In this document: piece after piece, positions 16,240-28,076 of the stretch | Position numbering within the stretch: position 1 is the stretch's first letter | Layout: every line of letters begins with the position of its first letter | NCBI GenBank assembly: GCA_033764315.1 | Contig: JANRJA010000142.1 | Coordinates: 1 to 35,295, forward strand | Length of the DNA: 35,295 nucleotides | Direction: 5' to 3' | Source of the DNA: Oculatellaceae cyanobacterium bins.114 | GTDB taxonomy: Bacteria; Cyanobacteriota; Cyanobacteriia; Elainellales; Elainellaceae | Notes under the pieces: generated by a model | Databases searched by the model: none | What the model saw: the letters and a program-made list of their open reading frames with translations, nothing else | What the model was told of the DNA's origin: nothing | Made by a program: the position numbers and the translations under genes

Positions 16240-16629
16240 ATGGATATTCTGGAGATTCTCAAGAACGACTACCGCAACTTTCCTAACGATCAGACCTACA
16301 GCCTCTATGCACCAGATGTGTATTTCAAAGATCCGATGACCGAGTTTCGGGGGTGCGATCGCTACCGTCAAATGATCCACTTCATCAAAACCTGGTTTCA
16401 CAATCCCCAACTCGACTTACACGCCATTCAACGCACAGGCGACTCGATTCGCACCGATTGGACTCTCAGTTGGACTACCCCACTGCCCTGGAGACCTCGA
16501 ATTGCGATCGCCGGTTGGAGCGAACTGCAACTCAACAACGAAGAACTGATCATCTCCCACATCGACTACTGGAACTGCTCAAAGCTCGACGTCCTCAAAC
16601 AACACATTGGGCTAAAGAATAAACACTAA
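16240..16629 (+). CDS. DUF2358 (NTF2-like) protein
   Basis: YAPDVYFKDP..FRG..RY, WTLSW..PLPWRP, SHIDYW. Confidence 0.85.
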   Translation: MDILEILKNDYRNFPNDQTYSLYAPDVYFKDPMTEFRGCDRYRQMIHFIKTWFHNPQLDLHAIQRTGDSIRTDWTLSWTTPLPWRPRIAIAGWSELQLNNEELIISHIDYWNCSKLDVLKQHIGLKNKH

Positions 16630-16673
16630 AGCACTCTGCCCCAAAATATTGCACCCCAACAAGCTCTCTTTAG

Positions 16674-16705
16674 CCTTCATCCTTCATCCTTCATCCTTCA
16701 TCCTT
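16674..16705. repeat. Heptamer tandem repeat (CCTTCAT)4, STRR-like; shorter copy at about 11101-11123
   Basis: Seen directly. Confidence 0.85.
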
Positions 16706-16750
16706 TTCTTTCTCCTCTCTTCTTTTTTCCCTTTTCCCCGTTCCTCCTTT

Positions 16751-16768
16751 AAAGTAAAAGAATGTAAA
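16751..16768 (-). promoter_or_regulatory. Candidate HLR1 (RpaB-binding) direct repeat
   Basis: Minus strand TTTACATT-CT-TTTACTTT versus consensus (G/T)TTACA(T/A)(T/A)-N2-repeat, one mismatch; 20 bp upstream of the ArsA-like start. Confidence 0.4.
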
Positions 16769-16788
16769 CTCTTCTCAGATTGGTATCC

Positions 16789-17970
16789 ATGCGCGTAATT
16801 TTGATGACTGGTAAAGGCGGAGTCGGCAAAACCTCAGTAGCAGCCGCCACGGGATTACGCTGCGCCGAGCTAGGCTATCGCACCCTCGTGTTAAGCACTG
16901 ATCCTGCCCACTCCTTGGCAGATAGCTTTGACTTAGAGTTAGGGCATGAACCCAAGGAAGTCCGTCCTAATCTCTGGGGGGCAGAGCTAGACGCGCTCAT
17001 GGAGCTAGAAAGCAACTGGGGAGCCGTCAAACGATATATCACTCAAGTCTTGCAAGCACGAGGGTTAGAGGGTGTAGAAGCAGAAGAACTTGCCATCTTA
17101 CCCGGCATGGATGAGATTTTTAGTCTGGTGAGAATGAAGCGGCACTATGACGAAGGTGAGTTTGATGTCTTAATTATCGACTCCGCCCCAACCGGAACGG
17201 CTCTGCGGTTGTTGAGCTTGCCAGAGGTGGCAGGTTGGTATATGCGTCGCTTTTATAAACCATTGCAAGCAGTATCGGCTGCACTGAGACCCTTGGTGGA
17301 GCCACTCTTTCGCCCGATCGCCGGATTCTCCTTGCCGGATAAGCAGGTGATGGATGCGCCCTACGAGTTTTATGAGCAAATCGAGGCACTCGAAAAAGTA
17401 TTGACTGATAATACTCAAACCTCGGTTCGACTTGTCACCAACCCCGAAAAGATGGTGATCAAAGAGTCCTTACGAGCACACGCTTACCTCAGTCTGTATA
17501 ACGTAGCAACGGACATGGTGGTCGCCAATCGGATCATTCCTGACCAGGTGACAGACCCCTTCTTTCAACGGTGGAAAGAGAATCAACAAAAATATCGCCA
17601 CGAAATTCACGAAAACTTCCGTCCCTTGCCTGTGAAAGAGGTGCCTCTCTATTCTGAAGAGATGTGTGGCATTGCCGCACTGGAGCGTCTAAAGGAAACT
17701 CTCTATGGCGACGAAGACCCCGCTCAGGTGTACTACAAAGAAACCACTCTGAGAGTCGTGCAAACAGATAACCAATACAGCTTGGAGGTTTATCTGCCGG
17801 GGATTCCAAAAAACAAAGTGGAACTCAGTAAGTCGGGCGATGAGTTAAATATCCGAATTGGCAACCACCGTCGCAATTTAGTGCTGCCCCAAGCACTGGC
17901 TGCATTGCAACCTGCCGGAGCCAAGATGGAAGAAGACTACCTAAAAATTCGTTTTGCTACCGTTGTTTAG
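16789..17970 (+). CDS. ArsA/GET3/TRC40-family ATPase with C-terminal HSP20-like domain
   Basis: [23 protein letters not shown]-terminal [16 protein letters not shown]. Confidence 0.92.
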   Translation: MRVILMTGKGGVGKTSVAAATGLRCAELGYRTLVLSTDPAHSLADSFDLELGHEPKEVRPNLWGAELDALMELESNWGAVKRYITQVLQARGLEGVEAEELAILPGMDEIFSLVRMKRHYDEGEFDVLIIDSAPTGTALRLLSLPEVAGWYMRRFYKPLQAVSAALRPLVEPLFRPIAGFSLPDKQVMDAPYEFYEQIEALEKVLTDNTQTSVRLVTNPEKMVIKESLRAHAYLSLYNVATDMVVANRIIPDQVTDPFFQRWKENQQKYRHEIHENFRPLPVKEVPLYSEEMCGIAALERLKETLYGDEDPAQVYYKETTLRVVQTDNQYSLEVYLPGIPKNKVELSKSGDELNIRIGNHRRNLVLPQALAALQPAGAKMEEDYLKIRFATVV

Positions 17971-18084
17971 GAATCCGGCTTAAGCCGACGATCAGAGGCA
18001 TAGAGAGATTTCCTGATACTGATATCCTCTGCGGTGCCCGTTAGCTTCAGCTCATACCATTTCTAACCATTTGGGCTAGTTTCT

Positions 18085-18110
18085 GTAAGGGCGTTTTGCG
18101 AAACGCCCTT
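18085..18110. repeat. REP-like palindrome, same family as 15606-15633
   Basis: GTAAGGGCGTTTTGCGAAACGCCCTT between convergent genes. Confidence 0.75.
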
Positions 18111-18146
18111 CTCGTTGATCTGCCATTGTTATCAGTTGAATGGGCA

Positions 18147-19421
18147 TCATCTACGGGCGTCAGGCAAACTCTGATCCAATTCTCTGGGTGCAGTGGCAAT
18201 GCCCCGTTTTCGCAGGCTTGCTTCCAGGCTTTTCACAAATGCTAAATCTTCGGCAGGCAAGGGATGTTCTAACTGAGGAAATGTCTGCTCTGGATGGCAG
18301 TCAGCTTCTAAAAAAGCAAATGCTTGACGAAACTGTTTTGGCGTTGTCGAAATGGGGGCGTCAAAGTGGCAGGGAATAATCTGCTGAAAGTCCCACTGGG
18401 CGACTCGGTCTGCCCAACGGAGCACCTGTCGGGGAGCTTGAATCAAGATCAAAGCCTGGAGGATGGGAGCTACAAAGGGGCGTCCTTGTCCGCGGAGTGC
18501 ATCAAACGATTGTTGCCAATTATTTTGCCAGCGAAACGGAAAAAAGCCGAAGTAGGCTTTGGGCGATCGCTCTGGTGATTTGAGAGCATCTTGAATGGCT
18601 TGCTTGAAGTTAACCGTTTGTAAGGGACTGGGACGAAAATAAGTCGCGAATAAGGCGATGCGTTGCCACCCTTTTCGGCGATTGGCGACACTGTCTTGCA
18701 TCGGCTCTAAGGCTGTCTCTCTGGCGTGAAACAACAAGGGATAGGGATCGAGTTGGGCGATCGCCGGAGGGTCGTCAGACACCGAGAGAATGGAGTCGGT
18801 GAGTAACAACGTGCGCGATCGCCGATGAAACACAGCCACCTCTGCAAAGGAACCCCGTCCTAAGTTAAAGTCTAGAATCGCGTAGTCCAACTCATCACCC
18901 CAAGGAGTTTGGGAACTGTCATCGGGCAACACATGGGTGCGATCGCCAGGAAACCCTAACCACGTCAACGGCAAGTTCACAGGAAAACTCCACTGGTTAG
19001 GAGCAACCCAAACCTGAGCCTGTGGGAAACACCGAGCAAACGGGCCGACAAAAACCTTGTGCTCTAAACCGGATGAGGTGGGCAAGAGAATGTGACGTAC
19101 CTCGCCATGCGCCGCGACCAGTTCTTCGACCAGGCGCAAACATTCAAGCGTCGGGGCGACAGGCGCATATACCAGCAATCCCCCTGTCTCAAGTTTGATG
19201 ATCGTCATGCGAATGGGGACAATTGCATACAAGATGCCGTGTAACTGTTCAAACGTCCAAACCATTCCTGGCACAACTTCAGTCCGCAACGTTCGTCGTT
19301 GTTGGTAAGGATACAGCGGCAAGGTAAACCAAAAACGCCACATCCAATCTTTAGAATGAGTGTTTGAATGTACCTCTTTTTGTAGATGGTTTAATTCTGT
19401 TGAATTGTCATGCAGGTTCAT
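18147..19421 (-). CDS. DUF4336 domain protein
   Basis: PIRMT, YAPVAPT.EC, GLEHK, IIPCHF. Confidence 0.85.
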   Translation of the reverse strand: MNLHDNSTELNHLQKEVHSNTHSKDWMWRFWFTLPLYPYQQRRTLRTEVVPGMVWTFEQLHGILYAIVPIRMTIIKLETGGLLVYAPVAPTLECLRLVEELVAAHGEVRHILLPTSSGLEHKVFVGPFARCFPQAQVWVAPNQWSFPVNLPLTWLGFPGDRTHVLPDDSSQTPWGDELDYAILDFNLGRGSFAEVAVFHRRSRTLLLTDSILSVSDDPPAIAQLDPYPLLFHARETALEPMQDSVANRRKGWQRIALFATYFRPSPLQTVNFKQAIQDALKSPERSPKAYFGFFPFRWQNNWQQSFDALRGQGRPFVAPILQALILIQAPRQVLRWADRVAQWDFQQIIPCHFDAPISTTPKQFRQAFAFLEADCHPEQTFPQLEHPLPAEDLAFVKSLEASLRKRGIATAPRELDQSLPDARR

Positions 19422-19783
19422 CAGCCTGACCGGGTTAACGCTCTTCTTCTAGTCTCTAATAAGAGGCCGTTCAACTCATTTTTGAGCCAATGAAGTTTAG
19501 ATAACGTATCAATGGGAGTACTGCACTTCCTAATATTGTTCTCAAAATAAAGTGTACTGAGTCTTGATTCTTTACTTTTTCGACTCAATAACTACTGGTG
19601 TTACCGAGAGAGTTTAGTCCAACTATAAAAAAACTCTAAAATTATCTCATCCTCAAGAGATAGCGGGTTTCTCTCTTGTGATAGTCCTTTTCATTTCAGC
19701 AGATTGGTAACTTGGTAACAACGAAATCAATCAGATTAAACGCTCTGTTACGACTCAAGTTTCACTAATTTGGAGAAATTGCA

Positions 19784-20056
19784 ATGAATATTTTGGCTTG
19801 GATTGTATTAGGTTTGATTGCTGGCGCGATCGCAAAAGCGATTTATCCTGGTAACCAGGGCGGCGGAATCCTTGGAACCTTGATCCTGGGTATCATTGGT
19901 GCATTTGTCGGTGGTTCTTTGTACAACTTGTTAACAACAGGTTCACTGAGTTTAGCCGCATCAGGTCTGAGCATCGGTGGTATTGTTGTCGCCATCATTG
20001 GTGCAATCATCGCACTGGCTATCTACTACGCCTTCACTCGCCGTAGTGCTTATTAA
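19784..20056 (+). CDS. GlsB/YeaQ/YmgE (transglycosylase-associated) stress membrane protein
   Basis: WIVLGLIAGAIAKAIYPG...LGIIGAFVGG; GGAG RBS. Confidence 0.92.
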   Translation: MNILAWIVLGLIAGAIAKAIYPGNQGGGILGTLILGIIGAFVGGSLYNLLTTGSLSLAASGLSIGGIVVAIIGAIIALAIYYAFTRRSAY

Positions 20057-20121
20057 GAACTTGATTTAGCAACTTCAGTGAAGGTTTTGAGAAACCCTTT
20101 TAGGTTTTGTTAGCCCTTCTT

Positions 20122-20151
20122 AGCCCCTTTTCTTAATGGAGAGGGGCTTTT
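20122..20151 (+). terminator. Terminator-like hairpin
   Basis: AGCCCCTTTTC-loop-GAGAGGGGCT followed by TTT, between convergent genes. Confidence 0.6.
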
Positions 20152-20191
20152 GCTTTCTCCTTAGGATGGTGTCTTTTGAAGATGACGTTTT

Positions 20192-21892
20192 CTAAAGATG
20201 GCGTTGTTGAAATGCAGCGATCGCCGTATGCAAAGTGAAATAAATGTGTTCAGGATGGGTGCTCTCTAAAAAGTGCGATCGCTTGAGTTGAGCATAGAGA
20301 TTTTGTTTGACGCGCGCCATCCCAAATGTAATGCCCCTAGTAGCAAGTTCACTTCGCAACTCTTCTAGCATGTCAATGGCGGTGATATCTACTTCAGTAA
20401 TCGCTTCAGTGTTCAACACAAACCACTCAACAGGTGTCATCTCTGCCTCAAGGGTGGCCAGTGCCCGTCGCTTAAAATCTTCAGCATTGGCAAAACACAA
20501 CGGTGCATCATAGCGATAGAGCACTAAGCCTGGAATAGTTTTTGCACCTTGCCAATCTTCTATGTCGTGCAACCCAGGCAAATCAGGCACTTCACCTAAG
20601 ACTGCATCATGGGGACGAGTCAGACGGGCAAACAAATCAATCACCGATAAACCCACTGCAACCCCAACTCCCACCAAAATATCTGTCGCTAAAACACCCG
20701 CTGTCGTGACCAAGGCCAGCGCAAATTCGCTGCGTCGAAAGTGCCATAATCGACGAAATTCTGCAACTTCGATCAGTCGAGTTGCGGCATAAATAACGAT
20801 CGCTCCCAGAGCAGCCTTGGGAAATATCGCCAACACCGGGCGCAAAAATAGCAATACCACCACAATCACAATCAGCCCCACCAGGGAAAACACTTGCGTT
20901 TTACTCCCCAATGAATCGCCAATGACGGTGCGGCTGCCACTGCTGCTAATGGGGAACCCCTGCATCAACCCATTGCCCAGATTGGCTGCTCCCAAAGCTA
21001 ACAACTCTTGATTAGCATCTAGCTGGTAATGATTGCGAGTTGCAAACGCTCTAGCCGTCAACACATTATCGGAATAACCCACGATCGCAATTCCCAATGC
21101 CGATGCTATCAGTGGTACTAGGTGCTGAGTTGAGAGATTAGGCAAGACAAAGTGGGGCAAACTGGCAGAAATCTGACCGACGACCGCAACCCCCCATTGG
21201 TCTAGGTGAAACAGAGCGACCGCCGCCGTAGCCAATAAAACCGCTAAGAGTGGACCTGGCGCAGTTGGGAAGTAGCGTTGAATGGTAAATAAAAAAACCA
21301 ACACCAGCACTGACACAAGCAACGTCAGCCCGTGGATTTGATCTAACTTGTTCAGCCATTCCCAGGCTTGCCCATAGAGAGAATCAGCCGCGATCGCCAC
21401 GCCACTCACTTTGCCTAATTGACTAACGATCATAATCACTGCAACCCCTGCCATATACCCAATCAAAATGGGTTTAGACAAAAGGTTGGCGAGAAAGCCG
21501 AGTCGCGCCATATAGCCAATGAGACAGACCACACCCACCAGCAACGCCAACAGAGACGCTAGACTGGCGTAATTACTGCCGTTAGAAGCAACTAAAGGGG
21601 CGATCGCGGCTGCGGTCATCACAGCCGTCGTGGATTCGGGTCCCACTGACAACTGGGGCGACGACCCTAATAGGGTATACAAAATCATGGGCGGCAAGAT
21701 AGCCCATAACCCTACTACCGAATCAACCCCAGCCAGCTCGCCATAGGCCATGCATTGAGGAATCAGGTAAGCAGCAACCGTTACCCCTGCTAAGACATCT
21801 CCTCGCAACCACGATCGCTGATAAGACCGCAGACGTTTTAACCCTGGCAAATGAAACAAACCCTTGTCATGTCCCTTTGATAGATGTGTCAA
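20192..21892 (-). CDS. SulP/SLC26-family anion permease with STAS domain
   Basis: DVLAGVTV..YLIPQCMAY, GSSPQLSVGP, DANQEL, YRYDAPLCFANA; start approximate. Confidence 0.92.
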   Translation of the reverse strand: MTHLSKGHDKGLFHLPGLKRLRSYQRSWLRGDVLAGVTVAAYLIPQCMAYGELAGVDSVVGLWAILPPMILYTLLGSSPQLSVGPESTTAVMTAAAIAPLVASNGSNYASLASLLALLVGVVCLIGYMARLGFLANLLSKPILIGYMAGVAVIMIVSQLGKVSGVAIAADSLYGQAWEWLNKLDQIHGLTLLVSVLVLVFLFTIQRYFPTAPGPLLAVLLATAAVALFHLDQWGVAVVGQISASLPHFVLPNLSTQHLVPLIASALGIAIVGYSDNVLTARAFATRNHYQLDANQELLALGAANLGNGLMQGFPISSSGSRTVIGDSLGSKTQVFSLVGLIVIVVVLLFLRPVLAIFPKAALGAIVIYAATRLIEVAEFRRLWHFRRSEFALALVTTAGVLATDILVGVGVAVGLSVIDLFARLTRPHDAVLGEVPDLPGLHDIEDWQGAKTIPGLVLYRYDAPLCFANAEDFKRRALATLEAEMTPVEWFVLNTEAITEVDITAIDMLEELRSELATRGITFGMARVKQNLYAQLKRSHFLESTHPEHIYFTLHTAIAAFQQRHL

Positions 21893-22471
21893 ACCAACCT
21901 TATCCCTAAAAATTAAGAAAAGGATATTGTTAGTTTAAAGAGAAATTAAAGTGCCTGTCTCTCTCTAGATACACAACTTTATAGGTGCATCTAGTTCACA
22001 AATAGGTCGCGATCGCCCTTCCCCACATGATTTTGGGTCAACTACAGCAAACTTTTAACCACATGAATGACCCTTGCTACAGAGAGCGATCGAGTCGATA
22101 GTGATTGAGAAGTTGAGGTTGACTGTTGTGATTGCATTCCCATCAAAAAATAGAGGGCAAAGGTAATGACCACAGCTTGCAGCAGTTTTTTAGACATTGC
22201 TCGTCCTCCTGATGAACTGGGAGACTACCAAATTAAACTACTGCAACGGGATTACACTTCACCCGCCTGACTCCCCCTTTTGGGCGATCGTAGAAAATAA
22301 TCAGATCAAGAAACCATTGTGCAGGTCAATGGTTAGTCCTAGACGGTCACGAGCATCAATTTAGGCTGAGCATTTGGTGAATGGATTCGCCGCTAGACTG
22401 AGCTTCGCCAACTATCTAAGCTCGCATCAAAGTCGGCGATCTTAACCGCCAAAGCGACTCATCATCGACCC

Positions 22472-23803
22472 TTATTTTTGAGCCAAACGCACAATCTCAG
22501 AGGTGACTGCCATTGTTTCCTCGTATAGGCCATCCCGACCCCACCGCTGAAGTTGTTGACCCAACAAAAACTCCGCCTTTTGATCAGACAAGGCTGTGAC
22601 TTGCTCAGTCCGACAGGCTTGAGCCGATCCCCCGGCTTCCATGCGCATACACCCAGTGGTTTCAGAGCAAAGAATGGTACAGCAGTCAGCGTTGAGATTG
22701 GTTGAGGTGAGACGAATGCCAACCAAATCGCCCAAGATTTCGCCCCAGTCTGCTGTTGGAATAGCAGCTAACTCGGCTTCGATCAGTTTGTGATTTGCCC
22801 CCTCAAACTTAATGTGTTTGAGGTCATAGTCACCCCCTTGTGCTTCAAAGGACAACGGACGCCACCCTAAACGACTGGCTACCCAACCCAAAAACATCAG
22901 GGCTTGAGCCGCACTTCCTTTTTCGTAATCGATCGCCACTCGATCAACTTCCACCAATGCAGTACGACGTTCGGGTGGGTCAAAGGCAGCCGCCGCCAAT
23001 TCTTGCCAGGGTGAAATGCGGTGCCAGTTCAGATCGGCAACAAATTTATCTGCCTCAATCAGCTTGTACATCTTGAGAAACTCAGACTCAGGATCACTGA
23101 AATAGGACGAATCTAAGATGATGCAATTGCAATTTTCAGAGAGCTTGCGGAACAACTCTTGTTCGGGGTTGGGGGTTGCCTTCCACCAAACAAATTTGGG
23201 CAGTTCAGGAATCATCAGCGACAACACGAGATCGCTGGCTCGTTGCAGGGCTGCTTTTGTGCCCCTTAGCGTGATGTATTCGCAGCAAATGAGCGTGCTG
23301 ACACTCCGCTTTTGCAAAGGACAATAGGCTGACACTTGAGCCGTGATCCCCTCATCTTCACCCAACACAGGGCAAAGAGTGATGATGCGGCAAGGATTTT
23401 GAGAGGCGATCGCATCACTCAGACTAAACCCACGCAGGTTGAGATTAGACACTTCTAAGCGATCGATCGGTTGCTTAAAATATTCCTCACGCAGGCGAGC
23501 GAGTGTATTAGGATCAACCCGTCCCGTTTCTAAAAAGCCAAACGCTTTTTGAGCCGCTTTCACAGCCGTTTTGGTAAGTGGCCCATGAATGCCATCAATC
23601 GGACCATCATAAAACCCCAAGACTGCTAACAGTTGTTGATACTCTTCGGGTTCATAAACCACCATGCTGAATGTGGCAGCTCTAGCGGCGATCGGGGCTG
23701 CCTGATTACCATTCTGGCTTTGCCAGATTTTGGTTAGTTCTGCCTCAATTTCATCGAGGGAAATATCTTTTGGCTTTTGCAGCGCAACAAGTGGAGTAGT
23801 CAT
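22472..23803 (-). CDS. opcA: Glucose-6-phosphate dehydrogenase assembly/activator protein OpcA
   Basis: NPCRIITLCP, CCEYITL, PKFVWW, DLNWHR; directly downstream of zwf. Confidence 0.93.
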   Translation of the reverse strand: MTTPLVALQKPKDISLDEIEAELTKIWQSQNGNQAAPIAARAATFSMVVYEPEEYQQLLAVLGFYDGPIDGIHGPLTKTAVKAAQKAFGFLETGRVDPNTLARLREEYFKQPIDRLEVSNLNLRGFSLSDAIASQNPCRIITLCPVLGEDEGITAQVSAYCPLQKRSVSTLICCEYITLRGTKAALQRASDLVLSLMIPELPKFVWWKATPNPEQELFRKLSENCNCIILDSSYFSDPESEFLKMYKLIEADKFVADLNWHRISPWQELAAAAFDPPERRTALVEVDRVAIDYEKGSAAQALMFLGWVASRLGWRPLSFEAQGGDYDLKHIKFEGANHKLIEAELAAIPTADWGEILGDLVGIRLTSTNLNADCCTILCSETTGCMRMEAGGSAQACRTEQVTALSDQKAEFLLGQQLQRWGRDGLYEETMAVTSEIVRLAQK

Positions 23804-23924
23804 AGTTTGTTTTAAGTGTTTGGTTTGAGTTTAGGCAACAAACAACAGAGTGTGGGCAGCAGTGAGCCAATTATGTTTGAGAGAAGCAAGCCCTTATATT
23901 CCCTCGTTCTCAATCTTTCTCGGT

Positions 23925-25454
23925 TTACAATCTTCGCCAACGCCGACCATCTCGGTTTAACAACGTTTCTGCTTCAACAGGCTCCCAAGTGCCCGCTTCA
24001 TACATAGGGATCGCATCTGGAGGGGCAGGGGCATCCCACGCTTCTAGCAACGGGGTTAATACACGCCAAGACGCTTCTACTTCATCTCCGCGAGTAAACA
24101 GCGTCTGATCTCCTAGCATACAGTCAATTAACAGACGACCATATGCCTCTGCGCTGGCTTGACCAAAGGCCGCATCATAGCGGAAGTCCATTTCAACCGT
24201 TCGGGTACGCAAGGAGGTTCCTGGTGTTTTAACATCAAAGCGAATCGCGATTCCCTCATCAGGTTGAATGCGCAGCACCAATACGTTGTTGTTGACCTGC
24301 TTCGCAGCCGACTGAAACATCAGATGCGGCACTTCCTTAAACTGAATCGCGATCTCCGATACTTTTTTAGGCATGCGTTTCCCGGTGCGCAGGTAAAAGG
24401 GCACCCCTTTCCACCGCCAGTTGTCAATGTAAAGCTTGATGGCGGCATACGTTGGGGTCGTAGACGTGGGCGATGCCCCATCTTCTTCACGATAGGCTGG
24501 CACCGCTTTGCCATTCATCCAACCAGCGGTGTATTGCCCTCGCACAGCTGAGCGGTCTAGATTTTCTAGATCAGCAAGGTGCGTCGCTTGAATCACCTTC
24601 ACCTTTTCGTTGCGAATGCTATCGGCATCCAATGCGTTGGGCGGTTCCATCGCTGTTAGGCAAAAGAGTTGCATCAGGTGGTTTTGCACCATGTCTCGTA
24701 GTGCCCCAGCGGTCTCATAATAGCCTGCCCGTCCCTCTAGACCTACTGTTTCAGCGACGGTGATTTGAACGTGATCGACAAATTGACGATTCCACAATGG
24801 CTCAAAAATGGCATTAGCAAATCGGAAAACCAACAGGTTTTGAACGGTTTCCTTACCCAGGTAGTGGTCAATCCGATAAATCTGCTCTTCTTGGCAAACC
24901 TGGTGCACCACCTGATTGAGCATCTGGGCTGAGCCGATATCTTTGCCAAAAGGTTTTTCAATCACCAGACGGTGCTTTTTGGGATCGGGCAACATTCCAG
25001 CTGAGCCTAGCTGTTGAGCAGCTTCCCCAAAAAACCGAGGAGCCACCGATAGGTAGAACACGCGATTGCCTCTGGTTCCCCGTAGCTCGTCTAACTCTTG
25101 CAAAAATGCCTTGAGCTTTTGATAGCTGGCAGGGTTGTCGATATCCCCAGAGCAATAAAACAGTCCTTTGGCAAAGTCTTTCCAAACTTCCTCTGAAATC
25201 AGCCCACCCCCAAATTGCTCAATGCCCTCCTTCATGTGGTTGCGGAAGAAATCGTGATCCCAGTCGCGACGAGCCACACCAACAATGGTGAGTTCTGGAG
25301 GCAATTTGCGGTCTTGCTTCATTTGATAGAGCGCAGGCACTAACTTGCGCTGGGTTAAGTCACCCGATGCACCAAAAATGACCAGGATTTGAGGTTCAGG
25401 AATGCGATCGTGTTGCAGACCAACGCGAAGGGGGTTTTCGAGCAGAGTAACCAT
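23925..25454 (-). CDS. zwf: Glucose-6-phosphate 1-dehydrogenase
   Basis: [26 protein letters not shown]. Confidence 0.98.
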   Translation of the reverse strand: MVTLLENPLRVGLQHDRIPEPQILVIFGASGDLTQRKLVPALYQMKQDRKLPPELTIVGVARRDWDHDFFRNHMKEGIEQFGGGLISEEVWKDFAKGLFYCSGDIDNPASYQKLKAFLQELDELRGTRGNRVFYLSVAPRFFGEAAQQLGSAGMLPDPKKHRLVIEKPFGKDIGSAQMLNQVVHQVCQEEQIYRIDHYLGKETVQNLLVFRFANAIFEPLWNRQFVDHVQITVAETVGLEGRAGYYETAGALRDMVQNHLMQLFCLTAMEPPNALDADSIRNEKVKVIQATHLADLENLDRSAVRGQYTAGWMNGKAVPAYREEDGASPTSTTPTYAAIKLYIDNWRWKGVPFYLRTGKRMPKKVSEIAIQFKEVPHLMFQSAAKQVNNNVLVLRIQPDEGIAIRFDVKTPGTSLRTRTVEMDFRYDAAFGQASAEAYGRLLIDCMLGDQTLFTRGDEVEASWRVLTPLLEAWDAPAPPDAIPMYEAGTWEPVEAETLLNRDGRRWRRL

Positions 25455-25582
25455 AGGCGGGAAAGGGGGTTAGGGGAAGATAGAGAGAAAAAAGCAGATG
25501 GAAGAGAGAAGATGGAAGAGAGAAAAAGAAAATGGAAGCAGCTATTCACTTTTTTCGTTCTTCACTCTTCACTCTTCCTTTT

Positions 25583-26731
25583 TTATGCGACGTTGCTGAG
25601 GAGTTTAACTTTGCCTTCCATCGACTGCATGAGGGATTGGAAGGGTTGGACGAATTTGTCGATGCCTTCATCAAGCAGTTCATCCATGACCTGATCGAGG
25701 TCGATATTGATGTCAGGGTCTTTGAGGTTTTCAATTACCTGATAAGCCTGGTCAACGTTGAGTTCAATGCGATCGCCCACATCACAATGGTCAGCACACG
25801 CTTCGATTGTAGCGGGAGGTAACGTATTGACTGTATCAGCTCCAACCAATTCGTCAACGTACATCACATCGTTGTAATCAGGATTTTTGGTGCTGGTGCT
25901 AGCCCACAATAACCGCTGAACTTTGGCTCCTTTCGCCACTAGTGCTTTCCAGCGATCGCTCTGGATGATTTTCTTGTACTCTTGATAGGCAATTTTGGCA
26001 TTGGCGATCGCCACTTTGCCTTTGACCGCTTCTAATTTGGCTTTTTCTGAGAGTTGGTCGATGCCTTTGAGTTTATCGTCAATGCGCTTGTCAATGTTGC
26101 TGTCAATGCGGCTCAGAAAGAAACTGGCAACTGAGGCAATATTGTCTACTTTTTCACCGTTAGCAGCCCGTGTTTCGAGTCCTCGAATGTAAGCCCAAGC
26201 CGTATCAATGTAGCTTTGAACTGAGAACAAAAGGGTTACGTTAACGTTGATCCCAGCGGCGATCGTGGCTTCAACCGCGGGTAAACCTTCCGGTGTACCC
26301 GGGATTTTGATCATCACGTTTTCTTTGCCGATCGCGGCATAGTAACGCTTTGCTTCTTGAATCGTTTTTTCAGTATCACGGGCGATCGTCGGTGGCACCT
26401 CGATACTGACGTAGCCATCTAACCCGTTAGACGCCTCATACACCGGGCGCAAAATATCACAGGCATTACGGATATCATCAAACGTTAACGATTCATAGAT
26501 CTCCAAGACGGGTTTGCTGGCCCGAATGCCTGCCTCAATGTCGGCATCATACATTTTGTTGCCGTTGATGGCTTTCTCAAAAATGGCAGGGTTTGACGTG
26601 ATCCCGGCAATTCCTTTGTTCTCAACCAAATCCTTGAGTTCTCCCGACTGCAAGATGTCACGAGTCAAGTTATCCATCCAAATACTCTGACCGTATTGCT
26701 TAATTTCAAGCAAATGATTTGTAGCTGTCAT
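25583..26731 (-). CDS. tal: Transaldolase
   Basis: GITSNPAIF, IKIPGT, NVTLLFS, SFFLSRID, QRLLWASTS; start at MTATNH preferred. Confidence 0.96.
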   Translation of the reverse strand: MTATNHLLEIKQYGQSIWMDNLTRDILQSGELKDLVENKGIAGITSNPAIFEKAINGNKMYDADIEAGIRASKPVLEIYESLTFDDIRNACDILRPVYEASNGLDGYVSIEVPPTIARDTEKTIQEAKRYYAAIGKENVMIKIPGTPEGLPAVEATIAAGINVNVTLLFSVQSYIDTAWAYIRGLETRAANGEKVDNIASVASFFLSRIDSNIDKRIDDKLKGIDQLSEKAKLEAVKGKVAIANAKIAYQEYKKIIQSDRWKALVAKGAKVQRLLWASTSTKNPDYNDVMYVDELVGADTVNTLPPATIEACADHCDVGDRIELNVDQAYQVIENLKDPDINIDLDQVMDELLDEGIDKFVQPFQSLMQSMEGKVKLLSNVA

Positions 26732-26802
26732 TATGCAAATCGCTCCTGTAATTATTTCTACTAAACACAATGTTGCTGAGAATTAGCTGAGCTAGCCTCT
26801 AG

Positions 26803-27879
26803 CTAACGTTGTGGAGCAAACTCATCCTCGACTTGTTGTTCCCGTCGTCGCTCTTGAATAAAGGACTCCACTAGGGCAACATCCTCTTTACTGCCGATAA
26901 TTAATGGGGTGCGCATGTGAATGTGATCGGGAACCACATCTAAAATGTCTTGATCCCCTGTGCTGGCTCGACCACCCGCCTGCTCAATCAAAAAAGCGAG
27001 CGGTGCAGATTCATACAACAACCGCAGTTTGCCTTCTGGTTTTTTGACGGTGCCGGGGTAAAGAAACACGCCACCCTGAAATAGGATGCGGTGAAAATCT
27101 CCGACTAATGCGCCACCATAGCGTGCGGTATAGCCCTCATGGCGATGAACGTAGCGAATGTAGTCGCGTAATGGCTCATCCCATTGCCAGAAATTGCCTT
27201 CGTTAACGCTATAAACGGGACCGTGGTCAGGCACGGTAATGTTTTCACTCGATAGAATAAATTCACCTAAGCTGGGATCAAGCGTAAAAGCATGAACCCC
27301 GGTGCCAATGGAGTAAACCAACATCGTGCTGGGGCCAAACAAGACATATCCAGCTGCGATCTGTTTTCGTCCATGTTGCAGCAAATCTTGGGCAGAGCCG
27401 TCAAGATCCTCCCCTTCCTGTTGCCGAATCGCAAAGATAGCTCCGACATTCAGGTTGGTGTCGAGGTTAGACGATCCATCAATCGGATCATAGAGCAGGG
27501 TATAACGACCAATAGGACAATTTTCAGGAATGTAATAGGGCTTTTCCATCTCCTCAGAGGCAAGACGACAGACCAAGCCACTATGCTCAAAGACAGAAAT
27601 AAACACCTGATTGGCGTAAATATCCATTTTTTTGACGGCTTCACCCTGCACATTTGTCCGTCCTGTGAAGCCCAGTGCATCTTCAACGAGTCCAGCCCTG
27701 GTTAAGCGACGCGCAATGAGCTTGGCTGCAAGCGCAATTCGGCTCATCAACGCACTTAAGTCTTGTGCCTCAGGAGAAAAATCCTGAAACTGCTGGAGGA
27801 CATGGCGAGACAGGGTTGTGGAGTCTCGATCGAGGGCATATTTGTGATTTAGATCGACAGATTGCTCAGTGTCAGTCAC
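26803..27879 (-). CDS. fbp: Fructose-1,6-bisphosphatase class 1
   Basis: [28 protein letters not shown] start with GGAGG RBS. Confidence 0.96.
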   Translation of the reverse strand: MTDTEQSVDLNHKYALDRDSTTLSRHVLQQFQDFSPEAQDLSALMSRIALAAKLIARRLTRAGLVEDALGFTGRTNVQGEAVKKMDIYANQVFISVFEHSGLVCRLASEEMEKPYYIPENCPIGRYTLLYDPIDGSSNLDTNLNVGAIFAIRQQEGEDLDGSAQDLLQHGRKQIAAGYVLFGPSTMLVYSIGTGVHAFTLDPSLGEFILSSENITVPDHGPVYSVNEGNFWQWDEPLRDYIRYVHRHEGYTARYGGALVGDFHRILFQGGVFLYPGTVKKPEGKLRLLYESAPLAFLIEQAGGRASTGDQDILDVVPDHIHMRTPLIIGSKEDVALVESFIQERRREQQVEDEFAPQR

Positions 27880-28039
27880 GCATTCCCTCCTTACCGTTTA
27901 GTTTTGGTGACCCAGGAAGGTAACATCAGCAATTTCACGGTTGCTGCCCTGGTACACCTCTACCTCTATCTTAGAAAGTCATTTCTATAAGCGGACTGAA
28001 CTTTAGATCAACTATAGAAAGGAAGCAGAAAGGAAGCTG

Positions 28040-28067
28040 AGAGAGATGCGATTAATCACCCCTCTCT
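28040..28067. repeat. Degenerate copy of the GCGATTAATCGC palindrome family
   Basis: AGAGAGATGCGATTAATCACCCCTCTCT just past the stop of the DUF4912 gene. Confidence 0.5.
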
Positions 28068-28076
28068 TGGCTTGCT

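Noticed and set aside
22165..22269. 34-codon ORF MTTACSSFLDIARPPDELGDYQIKLLQRDYTSPA with a weak RBS
   Set aside because: Too short and without a recognisable motif; cannot be supported without a search.
23480..23640. Peptidoglycan-binding-like insert inside OpcA
   Set aside because: Real, but as far as I know common in cyanobacterial OpcA proteins, so not novel.
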